Below, piece by piece: positions 10,601-21,163 of a stretch of 64,000 bases of DNA; the stretch's first letter is position 1; every line of letters starts with the position of its first letter. Source of the DNA: Candidatus Marinacidobacterales bacterium (GTDB lineage: Bacteria; Acidobacteriota; Vicinamibacteria; Marinacidobacterales; DATDRI01); the NCBI GenBank assembly GCA_965219415.1, contig CBDCNP010000002.1:2336001-2400000 (forward strand), read 5' to 3'. The notes under the pieces are model-generated. The model did no database searches and was not told the DNA's origin. It worked only from the letters and a program-made list of their open reading frames with translations. Both the position numbers and the translations under genes were made by a program.

Positions 10601-10960
10601 GAAAGCGATGTGGGAGCCGTCGGGAGAATAGGACGGTTGGCTGTCAAAGGCCATGCCACTGGTGATGCCGACGGAGTCGCCTCCCTCGAGCGGGACAGTG
10701 TACAAATCCCCCAGCAGTTCAAAGAGGATCGTCTCCCCATCCCGGGAGAGGTCCAGGGAAATCCAGGTCCCCTCATCGGTCGTGAACTCTATTTTGCGTT
10801 CGGGCTTGAGGGGCAGGCCTTCTTTCTTTTTCTTTCTGTCCGTCTTGGCCTCAGCCTTCTTCGCCGGCTGTTCCTGGGCGGCAGCGGCGATCACGCCGGT
10901 TGAGGCCAGCATGACCGAGAACAGGCAAACCGAAATGTGCTTTCCGCTGCTGAACTGCAT
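7652..10960 (-). CDS. secreted amidohydrolase with N-terminal TolB-like/PD40 beta-propeller
   Basis: Signal peptide, repeated SPDG motifs, MPGIVDVHAH, GVTT, GSIEVGKLADLIVL. Confidence 0.9.
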   Translation of the reverse strand: MQFSSGKHISVCLFSVMLASTGVIAAAAQEQPAKKAEAKTDRKKKKEGLPLKPERKIEFTTDEGTWISLDLSRDGETILFELLGDLYTVPLEGGDSVGITSGMAFDSQPSYSPDGSHIAFLSDRDGAENIWIANSDGSDPKQLSKEKQSLFVSPSWTPDGEYVLVTRSAPGSGVWDRNEETWMYHIKGGKGVQVTKSKPKPDTPFLEWHSALGAVASPDGRYLYYAKRTGRPFFDEPMSGYNFPYSQIARRDLTTGDEDVITEAPGSALRPVLSPDGTKLVYGTRHEAETGLRIRDLSTGEERWLKYPVQLDAQEAYAERDLLPGYAFTSDGREIVISYDGKIHRVNVKSGKARVVPFTAKVSQEVGPLLNFPSRVEQGPVRARLIQVPSQSPDGKRLAFSALTHLYTMSIPDGRPTRITSGDSREFHPAWSPDGKWLAYVTWSTEGGHIWKIRADGGGTPQQLTRVPGHYRNPAWSPDGQRLVALYGPRQARVERSYDSGDNRGVGDDLVWIPAEGGDLKLIVPARGVVGPHFRDEQDRVYVYSSQGLISLRFDGTDRRTHIEIVGEGWVSEPTPAQDARISPDGRYALALVHEQLYVVAVPRIGGDPPTVNVSSASVPVRKLTEVGADYFAWADGGSTLTWGLGSSFFRLRLADVTFEPAKESEGEEPEEERKLPVEEIEAVIERPRHIPKGVIALRGATVITMRGEELIADAEIVITDNRITALGRRGSVTIPEGARLFDVDGMTIMPGIVDVHAHWFEIRRGVLDMQNWNFLANLAYGVTTGRDAQTTTNDMFAYQDLVDIGEMLGPRAFSTGPGVFQNTNLQSAKDAKNVVAKYKKYYRTNTLKSYVVGNRKQRQWMVEACKEHRIMPTTEGAANLKLDLTHAIDGFSGNEHNFGIAPLYRDVAELVARVGLFYTPTLMQAYGGARGEHDFFLSTEVHDDQKLQRFIPHNLLDSRTKRRPWLRKEEHFYPRAAASAAKIVRAGGRVCVGGHGAVQGISCHWDMWALHSGGMTNFEVLRAATLHGAEAIGYAQDLGSIEVGKLADLIVLAKNPLEDIRNTNTIKYVMKNGELFEGDTLNQIWPRQKTPPRMWWWDEQP

Positions 10961-11167
10961 GGAACCCTCCTTCTAACGTATTTGTTTACCGCACTCAAAC
11001 AGCGTGAGACAACCGGTGTCCACTCGTGATTCAGCCAAGCTTGGGGGCGGAGTGCGGCAGAGTCTGTCCTGGACTCGGCGGCAGAGCGAGCTGTCGTTGT
11101 TGCTTGCCGTGTAGTTGGTTTTCTCGAGCGAGCGCCGCTAGGATGTGAGGGTCTTCACGGCGAATCG

Positions 11168-12608
11168 ATGCGGGTGGGACGTTTTCTGCTGACTTCTACC
11201 ATCGTAATGGCGGCGCTGGCGCTCGCCGGGGCCCATCCCCTGGGGTGGCCGCCGACCGTTCCGGGGTTGCCTCGGTCGCCGCAGGTTGACCCGAGCTCGT
11301 TCGCACCGGGCGTGCGGGAGCAGGTCGAGGAAGCTCTCGCCGCTGTCCGAGCCGAGCCGAAAAATCCGGGGGCGGTGGGCAAGCTGGGGATGGTGCTCCA
11401 CGCGTACGAGGAGTTCGGCTCGGCCGCGTCCGCCTACGCGCGCGCCCGCGCCCTCGAGCCCGCAAGCTTCCGCTGGATCTACTACCACGGCAGGGTGCTG
11501 ATGCGCGGCGGCCGAGCCGAAGAAGGCTTCGAGGTGCTGCAAGAGGCGGCGTCCCTCCGCCCGGAGTACGCTCCGCTGTGGATCGAATTGGGGGATCTGC
11601 TGCTGGCACAGGGCGACTCGACGGAGGCGATTCTCTACTACCGCACCGCTCTCAAGCACGATCCCCAGTCGGCGATCGGCCACTATGGACTGGGCCAAGC
11701 GATCAAGGCGCGGGGCCAGACCGGGGTCGCCGCGGAAGAGTACCGCCAGGCGCTGGCGCTGGCGCCGCGGTTCGGGGCGGCGCACTATGCGCTGGCGCTG
11801 GCCGCCCGCGATCTCGGAAAGGAGGAGCAGGCGCGTCGGCACTTCGGCCTCTACCAGAGCCACAAGCAGACGCGCGCTCCCGCCCGCGACCCGCTGATGG
11901 CTGCCGTCGCCGAGCTCAAGAGGAGTCCGATGACCCACACCACGAGAGCGACCGAGCTGGCCCGGGGCGGGGAAGACGGACGAGGCCATCGAGGAGCTGC
12001 TGATCGCGCTCGACCCGCAGTATCTGCCGGCGCACGCCAACTTGATCCAGTTCTATTCCAACCAGAATCGGTTCGACAAGGCCGAGTACCACTTCCGAGC
12101 CGCCGTCGCCAGCGGCTCGCCGTCGCCGACCGCACGCCTTCTCTACGCTCGCTCCTTGATCAAGCAGCAGCGATTGCTCGAAGCCGTGCCGGTGCTCGAA
12201 GAGCTGCTGGCGATCAACCCTTACGAGGCAGAAGGCAACCTGCTGCTGGGCTCGATCCTCGACGACCAGGGACGCGGGGAAGAGGCGATCGGTCACTACC
12301 GGACTTCCTTGAAGAATGCCCCCAATTATTTGCAGGCGAACCTCGCGATCGCTCTCAATCTCCTGCGCGCCGGCGACCTGGCAGCGGCGGAGCCCTATCT
12401 TGAAAAAACGCTTCGGAGCGGAGTTTTCGATCGAGGGCTCGTGCAGTACCGAGTCGCGCTCGCCTACGGCCAGAGCGGCCACTGGGAGGAGGCGGTCGCC
12501 TATCTCGAGGAAGCCCGGCACTCGGCCACCGCGGCGGGCCGGTGGCGGTTGGTCGCGGAAATCGACCGGGCGCTCGGCAAGTGGAAGCAAAAGGTAGAAC
12601 AGCGATGA
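11168..12608 (+). CDS. TPR repeat protein, frameshifted near 11965 (G run)
   Basis: TPR helices in ORFs 11168-12403 and 12042-12608 join when one G is removed. Confidence 0.75.
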
Positions 12609-14371
12609 GGCTGCTCATTCTCCTGACGATCCTCGCTCTGGTCGCCGGCGACCCGAGACCCGAGCCGGCGGCCGCTTCGCCAGCCGGCGTTGAAGGCCCC
12701 GCGGTGTTTCGCGAGGTCGCCGCCGCCACCGGCCTCGAGTTCGAGCATTTCATCGGCTCGACCGGCGAGTACTACTTCCCCGAGACCGCTGCCGGGGGCG
12801 TCGGGGTATTCGACTTCGACGGCGACGGCGATCTGGATGTCTATCTACTGCAGGGTCACTTGCTCGACCGGAGCAAGAGCTTGCGCGAGGCGAAGTTCCC
12901 GGCGCCCAAGCGCCACTGGCCGGGGAACCGCCTGTTCCGCAACGAGCTGCTTCCCGAAGGAAGCCTCGGCTTCACCGACGTCACCGAGGAGACTGGCGTC
13001 GGGCACGAGGGCTACGGCATGGGAGTGGCGGTGGGCGACTACGACAACGACGGCGATCCCGATCTCTACGTGACGAATTTCGGATCGAACGTTCTTTACA
13101 TGTAAAGAACGCTCATTCCTAGGAATGAGCGCGGTGCTTTCTTCTCCGACATGACGTCCGCCGCGGGGGTGGACGATGAGCGTTGGAGCGCCAGCTCCTC
13201 CTTTGTTGACTACGACCTCGATGGCGACCTCGATCTCTTCGTCACCAACTACGTGGACTTCATCGTCGCCGGTGCGCGACCGTGCACCGGTCCGACCGGA
13301 GAGTGCGACTACTGTGGTCCCACGACCTACCAGCCGTTGCCCGACCGGCTCTTTCGCAATGAGGGGGACGGCACCTTCACGAATGTTAGCGAGGCGGAGG
13401 GTCTCAACGCGGCGTTCGGCTCGGGGCTGGGTGTCATCGCCGCCGACTTCAACGACGACGGCTGGCCGGACATCTATGTCGCCAATGACGTGCGACCGAA
13501 CCAGTTGTGGCTCAATCGCGGCGACGGAACCTTCGAGGACATCTCTTTGATGTCCGGAACCGCGGTCAACGCCGATGGCCAGGCGGAAGGCAGTATGGGC
13601 GTCACCGTGGGCGACTTCGACCAGGACGGGGACGAAGACCTGTTCATGACTCACCTCGACGATGAGACCAATACCCTGTACCTGAACCAGGGTAGAGGCT
13701 TGTTCGTGGATGCCACCAACCAGTTCAACTTGGCCATCCCCAGCCTGGGCGCGACCGGCTTCGGAACGCAGTGGTTCGACTTCGACAACGATGTCGATCT
13801 GGATCTTTTCATCGCCAACGGCGCGGTGAAGTCCGAGGAGGCGCTCCGCGGCACTCCCTACCCTTTCCAAGAGCACAATCAACTGATCCGCAACGACGGC
13901 AAGAGTCGCTTTCGGGACGTCAGCGCCGAGTCGGGCTCGGCCATGGAGCTCTTCGAGGTGAGTCGCGGGGCCGCCTTCGGCGATATCGACAACGATGGCG
14001 ACATCGATATCGTGGTGACCAACTGCAATGGCCCGGCCCGTTTGATGCTCAACGAGGTCGGCAACCGACGGAACTGGCTGTCGGTCGATCTCGAAGGGAC
14101 GGAGTCGAACCGCGACGGAATTGGTGCGCGGGTCGCGGTCCTCAGAAACCCGGACAAACCGCTATGGCGTCGCAGCCACACCGACGGCAGCTACGTGAGC
14201 GCCAGCGACATCCGTGTGCACTTCGGCCTTGGGGAGGCGGAGACGATCCACGGCGTGCTAGTCCACTGGCCCAGCGGACGGCGCGAGGTCTGGCGCGAGA
14301 TCTCGGTGAACAGCTTCGTCAGTCTTAGGGAGGGCTCGGGGGAGCCTCTACCTCCGCCAGAAGATCCTTGA
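12605..14371 (+). pseudogene. CRTAC1/ASPIC-UnbV family FG-GAP repeat protein interrupted by a 21-bp insertion with in-frame TAA
   Basis: DFDGDGDLD-type repeats and C-terminal VHFGLG...WPSG; both halves are in one frame with the stop at 13103-13105. Confidence 0.85.
13090..13131. repeat. two overlapping perfect 22-bp palindromes
   Basis: cgttctttaca|tgtaaagaacg and cgctcattcct|aggaatgagcg, sharing a CG. Confidence 0.95.
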
Positions 14372-14404
14372 GGATCGAGTAGTTGCCGGCTTCGGCCCGC
14401 GCCG

Positions 14405-15814
14405 TCAGGCGTATCCGATCAATACGGCCACCGCCAATGCGATCGAGCCCACGATCCAGATCTTCACCATGAAGGGTAGGATGAAGCGCAGCCAACGGTC
14501 GTAGGGGATTCCCGCCATGGCCAGGGCTCCCACGATCACGTATTGGGTGGGAACCAGGATATTGCTGAACCCGTCGCCGAACTGGAAGGCCAGTACCGCT
14601 ACCTGGCGGCTCACGCCCACTAGGTCCGCGAGGGGCGCCATGATCGGCATGGTGACGAAGGCCTGGCCGCTTGCCGACGGGATGAAGAAGTTGGCGAGGC
14701 TCTGAACGAAGAACATCCCCACGGCGGAGAGAGCCCCTGGAAGCTCCTGGAGTGGAAGGCTGAGGCCATGGACCATCGTGTCCACGATGCCGCCCTCGTG
14801 CAACACCACATAGATGCCCCGGGCCACGCCGATCAACAGCGCAACGCTGGTCAGCCTCGCTGCGCCCAAGCCGAACTCCACCGCTGTCCGGTCCGGGCTC
14901 ATGCGGGCGATGACGGCCATGACCAGTGTGAGAGCGACGAAGACTGCTTGCATCTCGACCAGATTCCAGTGCCACTGGCTCAGCCCGAAGAGAATGACGG
15001 CCATAGCGATGGCGACGGCGGCCAGGACCAGCTTGTGAGCGGTGGTCATCGGAGGGTGGTCCGCCGCGGCCTCCCCATCCCCTCCACTTGCGATCGACAT
15101 ACCTTCGGGCGCGCTCACGTCGGCCACCAGGCTCGCCGCCGGATCCCGCCGCACCTTCTTCGCATACGACCAGACGTGGTGAATGCCGATCGGCACGAAG
15201 ACGACCATGACCGCCAGGCGGTACCAGAGCCCCGAGGCGGGCTGGAGTCCGGCAATGTCCTGGGCGATGAGCACGCTGAAGGGGTTGATGAGGGCCGCGC
15301 CGTAACCGGTCCCGTACCCGACCATGATGATCCCGACAGCGGTGACCCTGTCGTATCCGAGGGCGAGAGACAGGGTGATGAGTACGGGTATGAAGGGAAA
15401 ATACTCTTCGCCGAATCCGATGGTGGCCGACCCGATGGCGAACAAAAACGTTCCGCCGGCCACCAACCAGAAGGGTCGGTCCCCCCAGCGTCTGAGGAGA
15501 GCTCCCATGGCCGAATCGACGACCCCCGTGGTGCGAAGAACGGCGAATGCGCCCCCGATGATGAAGACGAAGAAGATGATCTCGTGTGCTCCGCTGAAAC
15601 CCTTGGGAATGGCCGTCAGGCTGGCCAGGGGCAACAACGCCGGACGGTCCGGGGTGAGATGGAAGCTGCCGGGCACCACCTGGAGTCGTCCGGCGGCATT
15701 CTCCACCCGTTCGAACGAGCCGGCGGGGAGCAGGTATGAGAAGACCTGGGCTAGGATCACCATCCCGAAGAGGAGAACCAGAGTGTGTGGGACCTTGAAT
15801 CTGCTCTTCGTCAC
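14405..15814 (-). CDS. YfcC/DcuC-like (C4-dicarboxylate anaerobic carrier family) transporter
   Basis: FKVPHTLVLLF, LPAGSFER, FFIPSASGQA, AFQFGDGFSN; multi-TM. Confidence 0.87.
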   Translation of the reverse strand: MTKSRFKVPHTLVLLFGMVILAQVFSYLLPAGSFERVENAAGRLQVVPGSFHLTPDRPALLPLASLTAIPKGFSGAHEIIFFVFIIGGAFAVLRTTGVVDSAMGALLRRWGDRPFWLVAGGTFLFAIGSATIGFGEEYFPFIPVLITLSLALGYDRVTAVGIIMVGYGTGYGAALINPFSVLIAQDIAGLQPASGLWYRLAVMVVFVPIGIHHVWSYAKKVRRDPAASLVADVSAPEGMSIASGGDGEAAADHPPMTTAHKLVLAAVAIAMAVILFGLSQWHWNLVEMQAVFVALTLVMAVIARMSPDRTAVEFGLGAARLTSVALLIGVARGIYVVLHEGGIVDTMVHGLSLPLQELPGALSAVGMFFVQSLANFFIPSASGQAFVTMPIMAPLADLVGVSRQVAVLAFQFGDGFSNILVPTQYVIVGALAMAGIPYDRWLRFILPFMVKIWIVGSIALAVAVLIGYA

Positions 15815-15883
15815 AATGGAATCTTTCCTCTCACACTTGCGTCTATTCTTTGACGGCGCGTGCACGCAACATTTCGCAGGGTG

Positions 15884-17938
15884 CTATGAACCGGACGGTG
15901 AGCCCTTTACGTATTTATCGAACCATCCGAGAAAGCGCTCGAGCAGGTCCTTGTGATAGGTCGGCAGACGTATGCCGTGGTGCGCGTCGGGGTAGACCAC
16001 AAGGGAAGCCTCGCGGCCCAGCTGCTTCATCGCCTGGTACATCTGCTCGGAGTGGATGATCGGCTGATTCCAGTCCTTCTCCCCTCCGATGAAGAGCGTC
16101 GGCGTGGTAATGCTCTCCACCTCCATGAAAGGCGATACGCTATCCCAGACGTCGCGGTTCTCCCAGGGGGGACCGAGTTCCGTGTCGAACCACTCCTGAT
16201 ATGGATCGTGACCGTAGGTCGAGGTCCACAGTCCGACGCTGGCCCCGCTGATGGCGGCCGCAAAACGATCTGTGGAGGTGATCACGTCGTTCGTAAGCGT
16301 CCCTCCATACGACCAGCCTCCGATGCCGAGCCGATCGGGGTCGGCGTAGCCCAGCTCCACGACGTAGTCGGTGGCAACGATCACGTCCTCGGCATCGTGG
16401 GTGCCCCAGGCGCGGTAGTTCGAGAGTGTGAAGTCGAGCCCCCGGCCTCCGGAGCCCCGAACGTTCGGCATCACCACCACGTAGCCGTTGGCGGCGAAGA
16501 GCTGCACCCGGAAATTGAAGCCAAAGTCGTACTGGGCCTCCTGGCCGCCGTGAAGCCAGAGGAGGGTCGGATAGCGGGTCTTCGGATCGAAGTCCTGCGG
16601 CTTGTAGATGAAGGTCTGGATCACGGTTCCGTCGAGGGTGGGGAAGCGCTCCTCCTCCGCATCGGCCAGCGCGATCGTTTTCAGCAGCTCGTCGTTGACG
16701 TGAGTGAGGCGGCGCAGCCCCGAGGAGCCGGAGGGCTCGGGATCGAGGACGAACACCTCGGCCGGCAACCGGGGCTCGCTGACGAGGGCGACGACGACGC
16801 CGTCGGGGGCCACCGCGGCTGCGTCGACCCGGCGCCGTCCGGCGATCGGCCGGTTCAGGCGGCCGTCCTCGACCGACACCGCGGCCAGATGAACCCTGCC
16901 GTCATCCTCGAGCAGGACGTAGAGGCTGCGTCCGTCGGGCGAAAAATGCGGTTGGTAGACCTTCCGGTCGAGGGACTCCGTGGTGAGAAGCACGGGCTCG
17001 TCCTCACCGACACCGATGAGCGCGAGCTTCGTCTGCAGGTAGGCCGCGGGAACGTCGGTCCGGGTCGTCGTGATGTAGGCGAGCCTCTCGCCGTCGGGGT
17101 GCCAGACTGGCTCGTCGTCGGACCCGGGGTTTTCGGTGACCCGGACCGGCTTCTGCTCCCCGTAGGGGAGGTCAGGCTTCACCAGCCAGATGTCGGTGTT
17201 GTAGTTGGCGTCGGGCTCTTCGGTGCGGTTGCTGACGAAGGCGATCACGCTCCCATCCGGAGACCAGGCTGGATCGGAGTCGTCGTAGTCCCCGGAGGTG
17301 ATCTGCACGATGGCCTTGGTCTCGACGTCGAAGACGTAGAGATGGGCGCGCAGACGATTCAAATAACCCACATAGTCTTCCTTGAACTGCAGCCGGTCGA
17401 TCACCCAGGGCCCGGGCGCCTCTTCCTGGCTCGGCTTCGGATCGCGGATCACGAGGACGAGTCGCTTCCCGTCGGGCGACCACTCGTAGGCCTCGACGCC
17501 CTGTTTGACACTGGTGAGCGGGACGCCCTCCCCGCCGCGTAGGTCCAGCGTGAAGACCTGCGGGCTCTTTCCCTCTGAGCCCTGTTCCCATTCGCGTTCC
17601 GACAGGAACGCCAGGTACTTGCCGTCGGGGCTCCACCTGGGCCGCGTGGCGGAGCTGCCCTTGGCCGTCATAGGGATCGCCTCGCCGCCGGAGGTCGAGA
17701 CCATCCACAGCCGCGTCTCGCGCTGGTCTGTCTCGAGGTCCTGGGACCGGACGGTGAAGGCGACCCAGGCGCCGTCGGGGCTGATGCGCGGGGCGTTCAC
17801 GTCCTTCAGGGCGAAGTAGTCCTCGACCTGGAGAGGACGGAGCGCGTCGGCATCCTGCGCCAAGGCCCGCGTCACCGAGTCCGCGCCTACCAGCAGCAAC
17901 CCGAGCAAAGTGAGTTTGATGAACGAGTGTGTTCTCAT
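15884..17938 (-). CDS. S9 family prolyl oligopeptidase/acylaminoacyl peptidase
   Basis: Signal peptide, WSPDG propeller, GWSYGG nucleophile, GGEKD, HHG. Confidence 0.92.
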   Translation of the reverse strand: MRTHSFIKLTLLGLLLVGADSVTRALAQDADALRPLQVEDYFALKDVNAPRISPDGAWVAFTVRSQDLETDQRETRLWMVSTSGGEAIPMTAKGSSATRPRWSPDGKYLAFLSEREWEQGSEGKSPQVFTLDLRGGEGVPLTSVKQGVEAYEWSPDGKRLVLVIRDPKPSQEEAPGPWVIDRLQFKEDYVGYLNRLRAHLYVFDVETKAIVQITSGDYDDSDPAWSPDGSVIAFVSNRTEEPDANYNTDIWLVKPDLPYGEQKPVRVTENPGSDDEPVWHPDGERLAYITTTRTDVPAAYLQTKLALIGVGEDEPVLLTTESLDRKVYQPHFSPDGRSLYVLLEDDGRVHLAAVSVEDGRLNRPIAGRRRVDAAAVAPDGVVVALVSEPRLPAEVFVLDPEPSGSSGLRRLTHVNDELLKTIALADAEEERFPTLDGTVIQTFIYKPQDFDPKTRYPTLLWLHGGQEAQYDFGFNFRVQLFAANGYVVVMPNVRGSGGRGLDFTLSNYRAWGTHDAEDVIVATDYVVELGYADPDRLGIGGWSYGGTLTNDVITSTDRFAAAISGASVGLWTSTYGHDPYQEWFDTELGPPWENRDVWDSVSPFMEVESITTPTLFIGGEKDWNQPIIHSEQMYQAMKQLGREASLVVYPDAHHGIRLPTYHKDLLERFLGWFDKYVKGSPSGS

Positions 17939-17957
17939 GGCAACTGACCTCTCCTAG

Positions 17958-20900
17958 TTAGTGTGACGAGTCACGCCAGCACCCTGCCGGGCCCTTGAAT
18001 TGCCTATCCCTCCATCGGCGGGCCATCAGAGGCCCAACCTCTTCCTCAATGACCTGGTTCAACCGGTTCCGTTGGACCTCGAAGCGTTCCGAGAGGTCCT
18101 CGAATACCGCGTACATCGATTCCGTGGGTTTGGCATCCGCCGCGCCGACAGTCCTTGAGAGCGAGCTCAGTTTCTCAGTCACCCCCGGGGGCTCCACATC
18201 ATGGGGTGGGCCTGGGACCCCATCCATATGGTTAGAATGCCCTCGATCTGCCTGAACTGCTCTAGGATCCCGTCGGCCTTGACCCTGGAATCCTCTGGCA
18301 GCTCAGCCCGAAGCCCGTCAAGCTGGGCTCGGACTTCTCTGATTCTGAGCACGGCGTCGGCCACTTCCGAAAACCGATCCCGGATGTCAACCATGAGGTC
18401 GAACTGAGCCTTGAGATCGGCATCGCTGGCTTTTACTCTCGGATCTTTCCGGATCTCGAAAGGCTGCTCGTAAGCCTGTCCGTCCACGGAGAGTCGGACG
18501 AAGTATCGTCCGGGAGGCGCAATCGGCGATGCGGGCGGTGAGTAATCGACGCTCATAAAACCGTTCAATGCTCCAGGGGACGGGGGCATCTGGGTACCCG
18601 GATATCGCATGTCCCAGAGGAATCGGTTCATTCCTGCCCTGGTGGAGGGGCTACCGCGTTCCTTCGACCTGCTGGGGAATTGCTCGATGATCTCGCCGCC
18701 CGCATCCGTGATGGTGAACATCACATCACCGGCGGGTTCTTGGGCCAGGTAATATTCGATCATCACCCCGCGCGGCGGGTTCTTCCCGTTGTCCCTAGAT
18801 CTCTTCCCTCTCCCTCCCCGAAGTTGACGGAGAGCGGGGACTACTTCAAACAGATGCACCGGGGCGGAGGCGACTTCGGGGGTGATGCCACGCAGGGACG
18901 AGACGTTGTCCATGATCCAGAAGCCCCGTCCATGGGTTGCCACCACCAGGTCGTCGTCCTTCACGACCATCTGCATGACCATCACCGGTGGCAGGTTGCG
19001 CTGTAGGGACTGCCAGGAGTCTCCGGCGTCGAAGGAAACGTACGCGCCAGTTTCTGTTCCCGCGTAGAGGAGACCCGGGCGGACCGGATCCTCGCGGATG
19101 ACCCACGAGTAGTCGTTTTCCCGAATCCCTTTGGTGATTCGCTTCCAGGTGTTGCCGTAGTCGGTGGTCCTATAGAGATACGGTGTGCGATCGCTTACCC
19201 TGTGCCGTCCACCGGAGATATAAACCGTCCCCCGCTGGTGGGGAGATACGTCTATGGCGGTGATGGTGGTCCATTCGGGGAGATCCGGCGGCGAGACGTC
19301 CAGCCAACTGCCGCCACCATCTCGCGATAGCTGAACGGTACTGTCGTCGGTGCCCACCCAGAGCTCACCCTCTTCGAGGGGAGACTCGGCAATGGTCCGG
19401 ATGAGACTCACGTGAAAAAGCGAGGACGCATTGGAACTAATGGGCCCTCCGGATATTTCGCCCATCACGTCCTGGCGGTTCCGCGTGAGGTCGGAACTGA
19501 TCTGGTCCCAGGATTGGCCTTCGTCCGTGGATCGGAAGACGTACTGGGCGGCGGTGTAGAGCGCGCCAGGATCGTGCGGCGAGAGAAGTACCGGGAACGA
19601 ATAGTAGAAACGGTACTTCACGTCTTTGGCGGGCGTTCCGAACACCCACTCGGGCCAAACGCTGATGTGCGGAGCATGCCCGGTTTCCCGGTCAAAACGG
19701 ACCATCCTGGACCTATCATTTGCATAAACCACGCTGCCGTCGGGCTTGACCGCCGTCTGCCCGCCCTCGCCGGCCGGAATGGGAAGGTAGTGCGTCCATC
19801 CGATGGACCGATCGTCGGTTCGACTTGGAATCCCGATGTGAGTGTTGTCGTTCTGGGCGGCGTAGATCCAGTAGGGCTCCTGGTCGTCAACCGCCAGACT
19901 GAGAAGGTCTGCGGTGGGCTGGTTATCGAGGCTCGACCAGGACTCACCTCCGTTCAACGTCACCGAGGCCCCTCCGTCCCCTCCTTCGATCATTCGGCGA
20001 GAGTCATTTGGATCGATCCATAACGCATGAGGGTCCCAGTTCTCCATTTTTACAGGTTTGAAGGTCCGGCCCGCGTCCGTGGACTTCAGTAAACCGGTGA
20101 TGGGCTGGATATAGACGACGTCGGGATCCTTGGAGTCGGCGGTGATGTGGTTGTAGGAATTGGGGATCTCCATCTTGCCAGGGTCTTGATGGGCCCTCTG
20201 CCAGGTGGACCCGCCGTCGTCGGAACGATAGATCCCGCCTTCGCCTTCGTCAGCCTCGATGAACGCATACACCCGGCTGGAGCGCGCCGGTGAGATGGCG
20301 ATGCAGAGCTTCCCGACTAGGCCTTTTGGCATACCGGGGTTGCGGGTGATGTCCGTCCAGGTGTCCCCGCCATCCGTGGTCTTGAAAAGGCCGGTGGTGG
20401 GTCCGCCGCTCTCCTCGTCCCACGGGTACGTCACATGGTGGTTCAGGGATGCGATGATCACCTTCGGGTTCGTGGGATCAATAGACAGATCCACCGCACC
20501 GGTCGTCTCGCCCTTATACAGGATGCGTTCCCACGTCTCGCCTCCATCCGTGGTTCGATAGATGCCGCGATCTGGGTTTGGGCCGAACATGTCCCCCATT
20601 GCCGCCACGTACACGATATCGGGATTGGTTGGATGAATGCGGAGCCTGGCGATGTGCCGGGTCTCTTGAAGGCCCACTTTGGTCCACGTGTCTCCACCGT
20701 CGGTGGATTTGTATACCCCGTCTCCGGGCGAGATGAATTGCCGTTGAAGCCCCTCCCCCGTTCCCGCGTAGATCACCTTTGGATCCGAGAGCGACACGTC
20801 CAGGGCACCCACCGCAGGGAATCTGAAGAAGCCGTCCGAGACGTTCCGCCAATACCTTCCGGCATCGGTGGTCTTCCACACTCCGCCGTGGGCAGCCCCG

Positions 20901-21163
20901 AAATAGAAGACGAGGGGGTCGTTGGCATCTCCCGCCACCGCAGGGACACGCCCTCCACGGAGCGGCCCCACGAACCGCCACTCGAGGGCCGAAAGAAAGC
21001 TGGCATCCACGCTAGGATACTCGGCGAGGACGACTTCGCCCATGCCCACGGCACTAGAGTCGCCGGGGCATCCAAACAGGACAAGGAAGGCAACAACCGT
21101 AGTGGAGAACATTCTTGAGCCGACTCGGGTGACACTGCAAATCGCATTCATCGCCATCTCCAT
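17958..21163 (-). CDS. VPS10/BNR (Asp-box) repeat glycosyl-hydrolase-like protein, copy 1; frameshift near 18187 and lost native stop
   Basis: WRFVGPLRGGR, repeated STDGGxTW Asp-boxes, ATHGRGFWI. Versus copy 2, one base is missing in a C run and TGA has become CGA. Confidence 0.85.

Noticed and set aside
10961-11000. GTTAGAA just upstream of the amidohydrolase RBS as an integron attC core
   Set aside because: Imperfect GTTRRRY, no matching inverse core or hairpin, and no integrase.
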